Positions 38,373 through 48,013 of a DNA stretch of 64,000 nt are shown piece by piece. This DNA is from a virus, in the IMG/VR virus record IMGVR_UViG_3300017698_000036, positions 74,657 through 138,656 of that record; one strand, 5' to 3'. The translations under genes and the position numbers were made by a program. A model generated the notes under the pieces. That model did not search any database. It had not been told where the DNA came from and worked only from the letters and a program-made list of their open reading frames with translations. Each line of letters starts with the position of its first letter. Positions within the stretch are counted from its first letter, which is position 1.

Positions 38373-38397
38373 GGTGGCCTTCGGGCCACCATTTTAT
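38373..38397 (+). terminator. Intrinsic terminator with cUUCGg loop
   Basis: GGTGGCC-TTCG-GGCCACC followed by ATTTTAT. Confidence 0.85.
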
Positions 38398-38419
38398 ATA
38401 ATATATAGGAGTTAGAAGT

Positions 38420-40006
38420 ATGTTATTAAAAAGTTATGATGATAGAAAGAAAGTACTTGACATTTTCAAAGGACTGTATGATCATGTGAGCTCTAGTTTA
38501 GGGCCTTTAGGGCATACTAGTTTTATTAGAAAAGAGAACGGTAATCATATAATCACTAAAGATGGTGTGACAATCTGTAAACACTATAAGGGAGATGATG
38601 ATTTCTCCAACTTATTGATCGATATCATAAAAGAAGTTTCCCAACGAACCGACTATGGTGTGGGTGATGGAACAACCAGTACCATCGTATTCGCCTATCA
38701 CCTATTCGAGGAACTTCTTAGACTGTCTAACAGTGGTTATAGGTATGTTGACCTGATTGAGGGTGTTGATGAGGCGGTGACCAGAGTGTTGACTGAATTG
38801 TCTAAGTACAGGAAAGATGTTACCACTACAGAAGAGTTGGGTAATATCGCTTTTGTATCTTCCAACAATGATAGAGAAGTGGCCGATATTATTCAAAAAG
38901 CCATTGAGGAGGTTGGTAACGACGGCACCATTATCACTACGAGAAACAGAAGATATAACAAAACCGTGTTAGATATCAGAGAAGGTTTCACGTTCGATGG
39001 AGGTTATATTAGTGAGATGTTTGTTACTAATCCGGATTCCAAGTCTACTGAATATCATGAGCCTCATGTAATTGTAACAGATTACGCCATACATACCGTC
39101 AAACAGATATGGCCACTATTACAGTTGTTAAGTGCAGATAGAAGACCTGCAGTACTCATCGCAGATACCATTGAAGAAGAGGCTTTGGGTTCTTTGATTA
39201 AAAATGCCACAGAGGGGGCTATTAGGGTGTGTGGTATCAATGCTCCATACTATGGAGATGAAAGAAAGGCCTTCTATGAGGATGTGTGTGATATTACTGG
39301 TGCAACATTCATATCCAAGCACAGTGGTAAAATGTTGGAAGATATCTCCCTTTCGGATTTTGGAAAGTGTGGTAAGCTTGACTCACGAAAAAAGATAACC
39401 ACTCTAATCAACGGCGCGGGTGATATGGCCAAGATTAGGTCTAAAGTACAGAGTTTAAAAGATGAAATGTTGAATATCGATATTACGGAAGAAGAGATGG
39501 AAGATCTTACCGATCGCGTTAATCGATTAGCGTCAGGTGTGGCAGAGATTCAAATAGGTGGTTATACCGAAGCTGAGATTAAAGAGAAGAAGTATCGGTT
39601 TGACGATGCTCTATCTGCGGTTCAAGCCAGTTACAAGTCCGGTACTGTAGTTGGTGGTGGTATTACATACATAAATATCTCGAAGGATTTAGAGGGACGT
39701 ATTGATCCCAACTACAGAGAGGGAGTTAAAATGGGTTATAAGGCCGTAATCAAGGCCCTCTACTCTCCATTTGATAGATTATTGGAGAGTTCTAATAGAC
39801 AGGGAGAAAGACCTCTTATCTTAGGAAAAATAGAGAGACATCATACAGAATTTGGTAATGAGTATGGATACAATATTCGTACCGATGAATACTGTAATCT
39901 AAGAGACAGCGGTATTATTGAACCCTCCTTAATTCTGAAAAATGTAGTACGAAATTCTTCCAGTATTGTGAAATTACTGTTAAATAGTACATCCATTATT
40001 TTATAA
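38420..40006 (+). CDS. groEL: GroEL-like chaperonin
   Basis: SSSLGPLG, ITKDGVTI, GDGTTS, EGFTFDGGYIS, RLASGVA-x-I-x-IGG, GTVVGGG; no GGM tail, no GroES in the window. Confidence 0.92.
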   Translation: MLLKSYDDRKKVLDIFKGLYDHVSSSLGPLGHTSFIRKENGNHIITKDGVTICKHYKGDDDFSNLLIDIIKEVSQRTDYGVGDGTTSTIVFAYHLFEELLRLSNSGYRYVDLIEGVDEAVTRVLTELSKYRKDVTTTEELGNIAFVSSNNDREVADIIQKAIEEVGNDGTIITTRNRRYNKTVLDIREGFTFDGGYISEMFVTNPDSKSTEYHEPHVIVTDYAIHTVKQIWPLLQLLSADRRPAVLIADTIEEEALGSLIKNATEGAIRVCGINAPYYGDERKAFYEDVCDITGATFISKHSGKMLEDISLSDFGKCGKLDSRKKITTLINGAGDMAKIRSKVQSLKDEMLNIDITEEEMEDLTDRVNRLASGVAEIQIGGYTEAEIKEKKYRFDDALSAVQASYKSGTVVGGGITYINISKDLEGRIDPNYREGVKMGYKAVIKALYSPFDRLLESSNRQGERPLILGKIERHHTEFGNEYGYNIRTDEYCNLRDSGIIEPSLILKNVVRNSSSIVKLLLNSTSIIL

Positions 40007-40062
40007 AATTAATAATTAAAGATTGTAATACTTACTTATATTAATATAAGGAACCACAATCT

Positions 40063-40605
40063 ATGCGAAAACCTAGAACAGTACACGTACAGAAGACGTT
40101 AGACAAGATAAAGAGAGACAATATAAGTGCACATGCTGACATAGAGTATGGCCTTTTACTAGAACAGTTATCAATCTTGATAGATATTTCAGACAGACAT
40201 GAGGACGAGGTCAGTAGTTTAAACGAGATTATTGGTGAGTTGGAGACCTCCAGACGTTTACTGGAAGAGAAATTCGGTCAACATCTGGAAACTTCCACCT
40301 CTACCAATTCTAAGATTGATGAAATACACGATAGGTTAATGAATCCGGACAATGGTCTGGTGGTAGAACATCGTGATGTAAAACGAAGATTGGGTGAGCT
40401 TGAGGAACATAATCAGGACGTCAATCAAAATGAAAAAGAAAAAATACAAGAAACCAAACTGGAGGTTCAAGAAGAGGCTAAGATCAAGAGAGAGAAAAGG
40501 TGGAATATTATATATATAGTCACCATGTCTTTGATGGTACTAGGAGTGTTCGGTAAACAGGTTGCCATTCCTATCATAAAGGCTCTTATTGCCGTCCTTC
40601 TATAA
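40063..40605 (+). CDS. Coiled-coil protein with C-terminal transmembrane segment
   Basis: Heptad-rich body; WNIIYIVTMSLMVLGVFG...IIKALIAVLL tail. Confidence 0.6.
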   Translation: MRKPRTVHVQKTLDKIKRDNISAHADIEYGLLLEQLSILIDISDRHEDEVSSLNEIIGELETSRRLLEEKFGQHLETSTSTNSKIDEIHDRLMNPDNGLVVEHRDVKRRLGELEEHNQDVNQNEKEKIQETKLEVQEEAKIKREKRWNIIYIVTMSLMVLGVFGKQVAIPIIKALIAVLL

Positions 40606-40617
40606 AATAGGTGTTAA

Positions 40618-40977
40618 ATGAAAGAAAAAACGTTATATAAAGTGGGGTATATGCTAGAGGAGGATGAGGTAGAGGAACATTTCTCTAACCTAATACTGTC
40701 TCAGTTAGGAAGAGTATTAAACATGGTTGATGAGTCTATGATGGGGTCGTTAAATCTCGCAGCGACAAAGCTGGACACTCCGGAAGGTATCAGACATTTT
40801 AACCAAGAGGTAACCAATTGTCTAAATCAAGTTTCTGTGTATATAGCTCAGTTGGAGGACAATGTGGAAGGTTTAAATGAGTATGCACACTATCTGGAAT
40901 CCAAGGATCAGTTCGGTGTATCTCCCCAACCCGGTCTTATCACAGAGACCCTGGAAAATGACGACGATCCTCAATAA
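40618..40977 (+). CDS. Hypothetical protein
   Basis: 119 aa; AGGTG RBS. Confidence 0.55.
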   Translation: MKEKTLYKVGYMLEEDEVEEHFSNLILSQLGRVLNMVDESMMGSLNLAATKLDTPEGIRHFNQEVTNCLNQVSVYIAQLEDNVEGLNEYAHYLESKDQFGVSPQPGLITETLENDDDPQ

Positions 40978-40998
40978 CAAAAAAATATATTTCATCTC

Positions 40999-41026
40999 TT
41001 GACATTCTTAAAATAGTACCTATAAT
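40999..41026 (+). promoter_or_regulatory. sigma70-type promoter
   Basis: TTGACA-16-TATAAT. Confidence 0.75.
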
Positions 41027-41068
41027 AATAAGTGTGATAATTTAATATTGACTTTTTAATTCGATACA

Positions 41069-41716
41069 ATGAAGGAGTTTATTATGAAGGATATAAAATT
41101 TGATGGAAAATTGGAAGATACTTTATTTTATTTTAACGTAAGAGCTAGTGCAGGTTCCAGCCTTACGTGGGTACCTTTGACTGAAATAATGAAAAACAGA
41201 CTTGACGTCAATAGTGCAACTGTTGTCCGCGGATACTTGAGCTATCGCAACATCGAGGGCTTGGATGCATATTTGAAGCTTCATGGATGGAAACGTAGAC
41301 CAGAACCTCAACAGACCAATAAGGGTGTTAGTACAGACTGTGGTGAATGTCTTGCAATGACCGATGAGGATTGTGTGTGTCCTCCATCACCAGGACCCGT
41401 AGAAGACAAACAGAAGGAGGGTGTTTTACGGTTCGATACTGTGATTGTTGGAGGTCACAAGGAAGACATCCATGTTGCAATTAAGGGCAATACACTGTCT
41501 ATTACTTACGACGGACCCAGAGAGTCTTTTTATCGTGATTTAAGTTTAATAAAACGACAAAGTATAACCCCGATGGGAGTCTCCTTTCTGAAAATTAATA
41601 CCCAAGAAGTAGAACTCGACGTCGAGAATATTGTATGTAAGTACGATGTTGGTATTTTGACAGTTAGTATTCCTTGGACAGAGAAAGACAACACCATCAA
41701 TATACCCGTGACGTAA
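41069..41716 (+). CDS. Small heat-shock (alpha-crystallin/Hsp20-like) domain protein with N-terminal extension
   Basis: VGGHKEDIHVAIKGNTLSITY...NIVCKYDVGILTVSIP. Confidence 0.7.
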   Translation: MKEFIMKDIKFDGKLEDTLFYFNVRASAGSSLTWVPLTEIMKNRLDVNSATVVRGYLSYRNIEGLDAYLKLHGWKRRPEPQQTNKGVSTDCGECLAMTDEDCVCPPSPGPVEDKQKEGVLRFDTVIVGGHKEDIHVAIKGNTLSITYDGPRESFYRDLSLIKRQSITPMGVSFLKINTQEVELDVENIVCKYDVGILTVSIPWTEKDNTINIPVT

Positions 41717-41731
41717 TAAATCTAATTCAAA

Positions 41732-41775
41732 TAACTACCTCCTATACGGATAATTAATACCATAGGAGGTAGTTA
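41732..41775 (+). promoter_or_regulatory. Shine-Dalgarno-sequestering hairpin
   Basis: Perfect 14 bp stem TAACTACCTCCTAT / ATAGGAGGTAGTTA, 16 nt loop; AGGAGGT lies in the 3' arm, ATG at 41778. Confidence 0.85.
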
Positions 41776-41777
41776 GA

Positions 41778-42428
41778 ATGAACGTCTATAACACCGATTT
41801 AAAATTAAGTAGAACAAAAATAGTAACATGGTATAGGAAGATGGGGGACAGGTTTTCTGTAAAGTATATACAGAAGAAACGTTCATTCCTCATGATCATA
41901 ATTTCATTCTTCTTAGGGATAGGACATCTATTTAGTAAGGGGATATGTAGTCGTAAAGAGTTTATGGATGACTTTACGACTACATTGTATGGTAGGATTT
42001 ATATTGATTACGAGATAGGCAATTCCAAACAGATGTCCTATCGTAGCAATATACCACATATTATGCACGAGATTCAACATACCCGACAATTCAGGAAAAA
42101 CCCCATCATGATGCCGTTGAGGTACCTATTTTCTAAAAGTTGGAGAGCGAGGTACGAGGCTGAATGTTGGATGACCCATTTGGAGTATTCATATAAGTAT
42201 GAGTTGAATGGAACAAAAGACTCTAAAATCGTTCATTTATCTAGATATATCAGAGATTGTAGTGATAAACTTATAGACTATTATGGAGTTGATAGGTTGA
42301 ATGCTTTAAAGGTGTATGATGTAATGATGAATAAACTGTCATATATATCCAAAGATCCAGACAGTCACAAGAATGAGATCGTAGAGTATTCATATTCTGT
42401 TCTGAAAGAGTTAGAGGCTATCTCCTAA
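41778..42428 (+). CDS. Zincin-like (HExxH) protein
   Basis: IMHEIQHTRQF...RYEAEC. Confidence 0.6.
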   Translation: MNVYNTDLKLSRTKIVTWYRKMGDRFSVKYIQKKRSFLMIIISFFLGIGHLFSKGICSRKEFMDDFTTTLYGRIYIDYEIGNSKQMSYRSNIPHIMHEIQHTRQFRKNPIMMPLRYLFSKSWRARYEAECWMTHLEYSYKYELNGTKDSKIVHLSRYIRDCSDKLIDYYGVDRLNALKVYDVMMNKLSYISKDPDSHKNEIVEYSYSVLKELEAIS

Positions 42429-42452
42429 CAAGTAGTCTCAAGGTAGAATTAA

Positions 42453-43562
42453 ATGTCAAAAAGGAAGTCTTCATATGGGGTCAAACAGTGTGCTTATTGT
42501 GGTAGTCGTAAGCATTATACCCAACATTGTCCACTGATTAAACAGGATAAGAAACAAATTCTAGAACAAAATAGGATATATCGTAGGACACTCATAGAGA
42601 CGATAGAGAAGGTCTGTCTGTTTCCGGCGTCGACGATAAGGACCTCCTCGAAACCCTTCCCTCACATTGGCTTTGAGAGTAATTTTCACTACGACACTCT
42701 GTGGATGGTTAAGGATTTAAAACTTCACAATGAGTATATTCAGTATATCGATATCGAGGACTATAAACTAGCTAAGACTCGACACTACAAGCGTTTAAAA
42801 AAGAAGAGAGGGCGTAACTTTGAGTTCATGTACGTTGGATCCTCCAGTAATGTTAACTCCTGCGGTACAGTCAAGTTATTCACTCCCCACTCTTCAGTTG
42901 AAACAGTACCGTTTTCACTGACTCCGTCCCTGGTTAGTGATCACCAAATTGATGGTTATAACTTTATATCCTATGCACAAGACGGAAAGAATATTGATAC
43001 CATAGACGGGCTGGACTTAAACGACTTCTTGTATACCCTACCAATAAGTTCGACGGTAAGAGGGGACAGTATAAGTCTACATGATAGTGTCCAAACGATA
43101 GAACGTACTCTGTCCAGATTAAAAAAGGCCAGTGTGAGTCCGGATCGAGAAACTTTTCAGATACAATTCATGTTACTAGACTCTTTTAGAGACATGTATA
43201 AGAAGATATACGGTCCGTCGGTATATCAGTATATGGTTTATAGTGTATTTACTATGATGTTTATAATGATGAATGATTATAAACCCTATTCCAATGCGAT
43301 CCGTACGGTAGAAAGAGAGTTTCATCACGACTACCTTAAGCATGTTTCTAAGAGTAAAACTCATATCGATTCTGTCCTACCATTTAGTGTTAAAATTAAC
43401 TCTTACGAGAATGATCAAGGGAGAACTATAGATTCGATCAATTATCCAAATTTGGGTACCGTATCGATCGATGAGTGGGTTAATCTTACCAAATACGATG
43501 AAGATATGATATGGAAAAACTTTCTATCTGGTTTTAATACTCATGTTAAAAACTCAAAATAA
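42453..43562 (+). CDS. Hypothetical protein with N-terminal CCHC zinc knuckle
   Basis: CAYCGSRKHYTQHCP. Confidence 0.6.
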   Translation: MSKRKSSYGVKQCAYCGSRKHYTQHCPLIKQDKKQILEQNRIYRRTLIETIEKVCLFPASTIRTSSKPFPHIGFESNFHYDTLWMVKDLKLHNEYIQYIDIEDYKLAKTRHYKRLKKKRGRNFEFMYVGSSSNVNSCGTVKLFTPHSSVETVPFSLTPSLVSDHQIDGYNFISYAQDGKNIDTIDGLDLNDFLYTLPISSTVRGDSISLHDSVQTIERTLSRLKKASVSPDRETFQIQFMLLDSFRDMYKKIYGPSVYQYMVYSVFTMMFIMMNDYKPYSNAIRTVEREFHHDYLKHVSKSKTHIDSVLPFSVKINSYENDQGRTIDSINYPNLGTVSIDEWVNLTKYDEDMIWKNFLSGFNTHVKNSK

Positions 43563-43606
43563 CACATCTTTAAACTAAAAAATAATAAAAAAAGTTAATA
43601 AGGGGG

Positions 43607-43634
43607 TTGACATATCGATATGATGGGGTATAAT
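43607..43634 (+). promoter_or_regulatory. sigma70-type early promoter
   Basis: TTGACA-16-TATAAT, A-rich UP-like tract upstream. Confidence 0.85.
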
Positions 43635-43683
43635 TGTGGTAGAGGGTAAGGTTTATTATTCTCATAAAACTTAATGAAAGGAT

Positions 43684-44223
43684 ATGAAGATGAACAAGCT
43701 TGACGGTTTAAGGGTATCACTCATGGATGTATGTGAAAATCTTTATGGTACCATGGTTTTTGATCACGGCATTATTATATACGAAGGTTCCCTGTCCTTA
43801 CGCAATTCCGACATAACACATCTTCCAGACAACTTTTATGTAAACGGAGGCCTGAACATAGGTGGGTCTAAGATGACACAGTTACCAGGAAATTTAACTG
43901 TCCACGATCATTTCAATTTGTCCCACACCAATATTACAGAACTCCCAGATGATTTAAAGGTTGGTAAGTGGTTGAATGTTCGTGGTTCTAAGGTGACTAA
44001 AATTCCGGACAATATGACTGTAAATGGTACCTTTATTGCGGCCGCCACACCGTTAGAGCTCTTACCAGGTGGTCTACATGTACGTGAGGGTTTGGATTTG
44101 TCAAACACCAATATTACAAAATTACCCGATGATCTAATTGTGGATGGTTGGTTAGATATTAGAAACACCAATATAACCAACATTCCTGAAACCGTGAAGA
44201 TTGGTGGAGAGATATTTAGATGA
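43684..44223 (+). CDS. LRR-like repeat protein, family copy 4 (different N-terminus)
   Basis: Seven or so L-x-L-x2-TNIT-x-LP repeats; ends VKIGGEIFR with ATGA overlap. Confidence 0.8.
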   Translation: MKMNKLDGLRVSLMDVCENLYGTMVFDHGIIIYEGSLSLRNSDITHLPDNFYVNGGLNIGGSKMTQLPGNLTVHDHFNLSHTNITELPDDLKVGKWLNVRGSKVTKIPDNMTVNGTFIAAATPLELLPGGLHVREGLDLSNTNITKLPDDLIVDGWLDIRNTNITNIPETVKIGGEIFR

Positions 44224-44630
44224 TCACAACAACCAGGCATATATTCGACGAACCCAAAGTCTATCCGTGGGACATACTTGAATGGGTTAAGGAGGGACAG
44301 AGATGCTATGATGGACCAGTTGATCTGTCTCTTGAACATGTAACCCACCTTCCGTATGGTATGGAGGTAAATGGTGCGTTGGATTTAGAGAACTCACATT
44401 TAACCGTTCTCCCTAGCGGTTTACGTGTTGAAGATTGGTTAGATCTCAGTGGTACCAACATAACTCATTTACCTGATGATCTATATGTTGGTGGTAGTTT
44501 GTATCTCGGTGGTACAAATATAACTCATTTACCCGACAATCTAGAGGTTGGAGGTAGTTTAGATATAAGAAACACCAACATTGTTGACATTCCAGATACT
44601 GTAAAGGTGCTCAGGAGGATAATAAGATGA
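44220..44630 (+). CDS. LRR-like repeat protein, family copy 5
   Basis: MITTTRHIFDEPKVYPWDILEWVKEGQ plus repeats. Confidence 0.85.
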   Translation: MITTTRHIFDEPKVYPWDILEWVKEGQRCYDGPVDLSLEHVTHLPYGMEVNGALDLENSHLTVLPSGLRVEDWLDLSGTNITHLPDDLYVGGSLYLGGTNITHLPDNLEVGGSLDIRNTNIVDIPDTVKVLRRIIR

Positions 44631-44663
44631 TTACAATTACCATAAAAATAATGGAGGTACTAG

Positions 44664-44894
44664 ATGAGTAAAAAATCAACATACACGTGTGATATATGTA
44701 AAAAGGAAGTGGATAATAATGATTACGATAAGGATAAATGGTGCTCGGCCTATGTGGTTGGAAACCTTAACAGTGCCAGAAACAAGTTCTCGACTGTGGA
44801 TAGGCCGCTGGAGGATGTATGCGTCGACTGTATCGTTAGGATTCGCATGGCCATTGATAAGGAAATTGAATTATTAGAAAAGGGAGACGAATAA
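44664..44894 (+). CDS. Small zinc-binding protein
   Basis: CDIC...CVDC; GGAGG RBS. Confidence 0.55.
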   Translation: MSKKSTYTCDICKKEVDNNDYDKDKWCSAYVVGNLNSARNKFSTVDRPLEDVCVDCIVRIRMAIDKEIELLEKGDE

Positions 44895-45274
44895 TGAGAC
44901 CTCCAAAACCTACACGTGTGAGAGAATTGAGGGATTGGATATCGGAATATGCAACTAAAAAGGCCTTCCTTCATGACAAATTCCATGCATACTTCAGAGT
45001 GTTGATTGGATTTTGGGTGGTATGGTTTGAGTGGATTGTGAGAGTGTTTAAAGAGGGGGTTCCTCTTTATGGATTATTAATATGGATCCTAAGTCCCATA
45101 GCATACGTACTCTATATCCCTATTCATCCATTTTACATTCCTTTCAAGATGATATTTTTTAGACTTAAGGTTAGAAAGACTCTAAAGGTCCTGGACGAAT
45201 TAATACTTGAGGGTCACGGAAAAGATGACGTACCGAAGTTTCTCGACGACAATATGAATAGGATAAAAGAATAA
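44894..45274 (+). CDS. Membrane protein
   Basis: Two hydrophobic segments. Confidence 0.55.
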   Translation: MRPPKPTRVRELRDWISEYATKKAFLHDKFHAYFRVLIGFWVVWFEWIVRVFKEGVPLYGLLIWILSPIAYVLYIPIHPFYIPFKMIFFRLKVRKTLKVLDELILEGHGKDDVPKFLDDNMNRIKE

Positions 45275-45275
45275 C

Positions 45276-45304
45276 TTGACAAACGGGTCAATATCGGGTA
45301 TAAT
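45276..45304 (+). promoter_or_regulatory. sigma70-type early promoter
   Basis: TTGACA-17-TATAAT; the ORF-track start at 45276 is this promoter, not a real start. Confidence 0.85.
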
Positions 45305-45326
45305 TTTAATAGAGAGGATTTATATT

Positions 45327-45683
45327 ATGTTAGTAACAACCGAACATATATTTGACGAGTGTATACCTAGAATTTATCCATGGGATGTATTGGATTGGGT
45401 CGAGGAGCGCCAAACTAGGTACCATCGTAGTTTATTTCTCAGAGATACTAACATAACTCATTTACCTGACAATATGACAGTTAATGGTTGTTTAAATCTC
45501 AGAGATACTAACATAACTCATTTACCTAATAATCTAAAAGTTATTGGTGATTTATATCTAGACAGAACCAACATAACTAAATTACCCAACGATCTATATG
45601 TTGGTGGTAATTTAGATTTATATGGTATCAATATAACCAACATGCCTGAGAGTGTACGTGTTGGTGGAGAGATAATAAGATGA
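45327..45683 (+). CDS. LRR-like repeat protein, family copy 6
   Basis: MLVTTEHIFDECIPRIYPWDVLDWVEE; ends VRVGGEIIR with ATGA. Confidence 0.85.
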   Translation: MLVTTEHIFDECIPRIYPWDVLDWVEERQTRYHRSLFLRDTNITHLPDNMTVNGCLNLRDTNITHLPNNLKVIGDLYLDRTNITKLPNDLYVGGNLDLYGINITNMPESVRVGGEIIR

Positions 45684-46186
45684 ATTTATATGAGGCATTA
45701 GAAAAAGACTATCCTGGAAGATTTTACGAAGATCAAAAAGAGTTTGGTTGTAGTTTATATCCTCATAATAAAACAAACTTATTACCTGTTTCCATGACGG
45801 TGTTGGGTGACCTTAATTTAGAAAACACAAGGGTGGATAAACTGCCAGAGTTTCTGATTGTGAGTGGTACTTTGGATATTAGAGGTACCAAGATAAGAAC
45901 CTTGTCCAATGTGATAAAGGTTGGTAGAGGTCTACAGGCTTCTCACTCTAAATTGACGTCTTTACCAGACAACCTCCACGTTGCTTACTTAGACATTAGT
46001 AGCACCGACGTAGAGGAGTTACCTGTGGGGTTAGTAGTAGATGGTTATGTTGACGTAACAAATACACGTATCACAAGTATTCCGAATGATAGTTTGATCG
46101 GAGGTAGAATTTATTCAAAAAAACCTCTTGACAAACCAAAAAAAATAGACTATAACTATAGTATGATTGGTTACAAAGTAATTTAA
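45680..46186 (+). CDS. LRR-like repeat protein, family copy 7 (divergent, different N-terminus)
   Basis: LP-x2-L-x-V-x-G-x-L-x-L/I-x2-T repeats. Confidence 0.75.
   Translation: MNLYEALEKDYPGRFYEDQKEFGCSLYPHNKTNLLPVSMTVLGDLNLENTRVDKLPEFLIVSGTLDIRGTKIRTLSNVIKVGRGLQASHSKLTSLPDNLHVAYLDISSTDVEELPVGLVVDGYVDVTNTRITSIPNDSLIGGRIYSKKPLDKPKKIDYNYSMIGYKVI
46128..46156 (+). promoter_or_regulatory. sigma70-type promoter embedded in the 3' end of the upstream CDS
   Basis: TTGACA-17-TATAAC. Confidence 0.8.
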
Positions 46187-46213
46187 TTTTAACAATTTCA
46201 CAGAATGGAGTTA
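46179..46213 (+). repeat. 35 nt leader/RBS repeat, copy 1
   Basis: TAATTTAATTTTAACAATTTCACAGAATGGAGTTA, identical at 47095-47129; a related copy at 54115-54141. Confidence 0.9.
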
Positions 46214-46216
46214 GGT

Positions 46217-47062
46217 ATGAAAACGTTTGAGGAGTTTAAACAAGATGTTTTAAATCCATATCTCAAGGATAAGGGTATTGAGGTTGGTAATACTATTAGC
46301 ACTACACTGTCTGTTAAGTTCGACAATGAGGCCGACTTTCGTCGTTTGGCCCTGAGTGATGAAGAGAAAAATATCCTTAGTCATTGTATAAAAATTAACT
46401 ATTTTGTCAGAGATGTCGAAATAGATTCTGCCGAAAAGAAATACAATAACGGTTTTGACGAAACTGTCGAGCTTGTTGAGTTAACCGGGTCGGTTCTTTA
46501 TTGTCAAGAGGAAATGACCATTGGTCTAAGTTCAATCATTGTCGATGAGCGTCTTTTTGATATATATGACAGACTGAATACTGATACCAATACTGCCTCA
46601 ACCGATGCGGTGACTCTGTTGAATGGAGTTTTGAATACATTGGTGGAGTTATATAATTATAATATGGCTATCCCTTATCGTGATTCAAAAAGCTGTCTAG
46701 ACCTAAGTTTTTCATCGATCGATAAAGTTTATAAGATTTCTCATATCGATGAAGAATACATTACAGACCTTATAGACAAGGATTCGGATTACAACACATT
46801 TAGATATAATTTAGACTATCTGGATATTCAACAATGGGCCCTCAAGCGTGGCATGGATGTGTTTAAATACCGTATCATTGACGAATCACCAAACACGTTC
46901 AAGTCAAGAATGTCCAAACGTAATAATGATATATTCGAACATATTCAGATCGAGCACTATAAACCGTTGGTTCCTGGTCAAACCTACCCAAATGTGTATA
47001 GTGGTGAAGTTCGTCATGGTAAAAGGACACTGGGAATGAGTGTTGACTTGATCGTACAGTAG
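46217..47062 (+). CDS. Hypothetical protein, paralog A
   Basis: Shares FRYN-x-D-x2-DIQQWA-x3-G-x-DV-x-KY-x2-ID...RNND-x-F...EH-x-KPL with the 47133 protein. Confidence 0.75.
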   Translation: MKTFEEFKQDVLNPYLKDKGIEVGNTISTTLSVKFDNEADFRRLALSDEEKNILSHCIKINYFVRDVEIDSAEKKYNNGFDETVELVELTGSVLYCQEEMTIGLSSIIVDERLFDIYDRLNTDTNTASTDAVTLLNGVLNTLVELYNYNMAIPYRDSKSCLDLSFSSIDKVYKISHIDEEYITDLIDKDSDYNTFRYNLDYLDIQQWALKRGMDVFKYRIIDESPNTFKSRMSKRNNDIFEHIQIEHYKPLVPGQTYPNVYSGEVRHGKRTLGMSVDLIVQ

Positions 47063-47094
47063 AGCTTGTAATACAACTTATGTTGTGGTGTATA

Positions 47095-47129
47095 TAATTT
47101 AATTTTAACAATTTCACAGAATGGAGTTA
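47095..47129 (+). repeat. 35 nt leader/RBS repeat, copy 2
   Basis: Identical to 46179-46213. Confidence 0.9.
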
Positions 47130-47132
47130 AGT

Positions 47133-48008
47133 ATGAGTAAAAAGAGTTTTAAAAGTTTCCTTAAAGATATCGTTGAACCTTACATGAAAGATAGAGGTCT
47201 TGCAAAAGGAAAGGTGGTTAAACTTGATTATGCGTTTGACGTCTTCAATGAGAAAGATCCGGATAAGTATGAGAATGTTCAGGGAGTCGTTGACAAACTG
47301 GCCAACCATGGTAACGTTATGAATTACATGTTCATCACGGATATTGATTTAGAGCCACTAGAGAAGAAGTACGATGGCGGTTTGGAGAAAGAGTACTCAA
47401 GACTTGTTGATGAGACGACACTCCACGCCCAGGAGGAGTTCAATCTCAGTATCTTCAAGACTGTGGTAATGGGTAAATTCTTTAAATATGTTAAAGAGTT
47501 GTCTGAGGACGACGAAGAGATGGGTAGGGTCTTCAACGATAACATTATCGACAAACCCATCGACCTGTATCACTATAATGTCATTCTTCCTGAGAAAGAC
47601 AAAGTGACATGTAACCCCAAATATACCAACATGTTTGACATTGTCAAACATGGTACCAGGGAATATGCGTCCATCGCCAAGACTATGCTTCTCAAAGAGG
47701 CTGGCAACTCATTTAGGTACAATTTTGATCTGGTCGATATTCAACAATGGGCCAGAGACAATGGTATCGATGTGTCCAAATATAAACTTATCGATGGTAC
47801 CAAAGAGGACCTCATAAGTCGTATTGAACACAGAAACAATGATACCTTCAAGGGTGTTGAGTTGGAACACTTAAAACCACTGGCTCACAATGCGAAGTAT
47901 CAACGTAATGGTCTTATCGATCAGAAAACCGTTAAAGGCGTGAATGAAGACGCTAAAGACGGTGGTGCGAGGGTTCGTGTTAACGTTAAGGTTGATATCG
48001 TAGGGTAG
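47133..48008 (+). CDS. Hypothetical protein, paralog B
   Basis: Colinear similarity to the 46217 protein. Confidence 0.75.
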   Translation: MSKKSFKSFLKDIVEPYMKDRGLAKGKVVKLDYAFDVFNEKDPDKYENVQGVVDKLANHGNVMNYMFITDIDLEPLEKKYDGGLEKEYSRLVDETTLHAQEEFNLSIFKTVVMGKFFKYVKELSEDDEEMGRVFNDNIIDKPIDLYHYNVILPEKDKVTCNPKYTNMFDIVKHGTREYASIAKTMLLKEAGNSFRYNFDLVDIQQWARDNGIDVSKYKLIDGTKEDLISRIEHRNNDTFKGVELEHLKPLAHNAKYQRNGLIDQKTVKGVNEDAKDGGARVRVNVKVDIVG

Positions 48009-48013
48009 AGCGA

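Noticed and set aside
45276-45326. ORF-track N-terminal extensions (10162, 19806, 20140, 24517, 45276, 46205, 47121, 54134, 55279, 61007)
   Set aside because: They run through promoters, terminators, SD sequences or upstream genes; downstream ATGs match family N-termini and RBS spacing.
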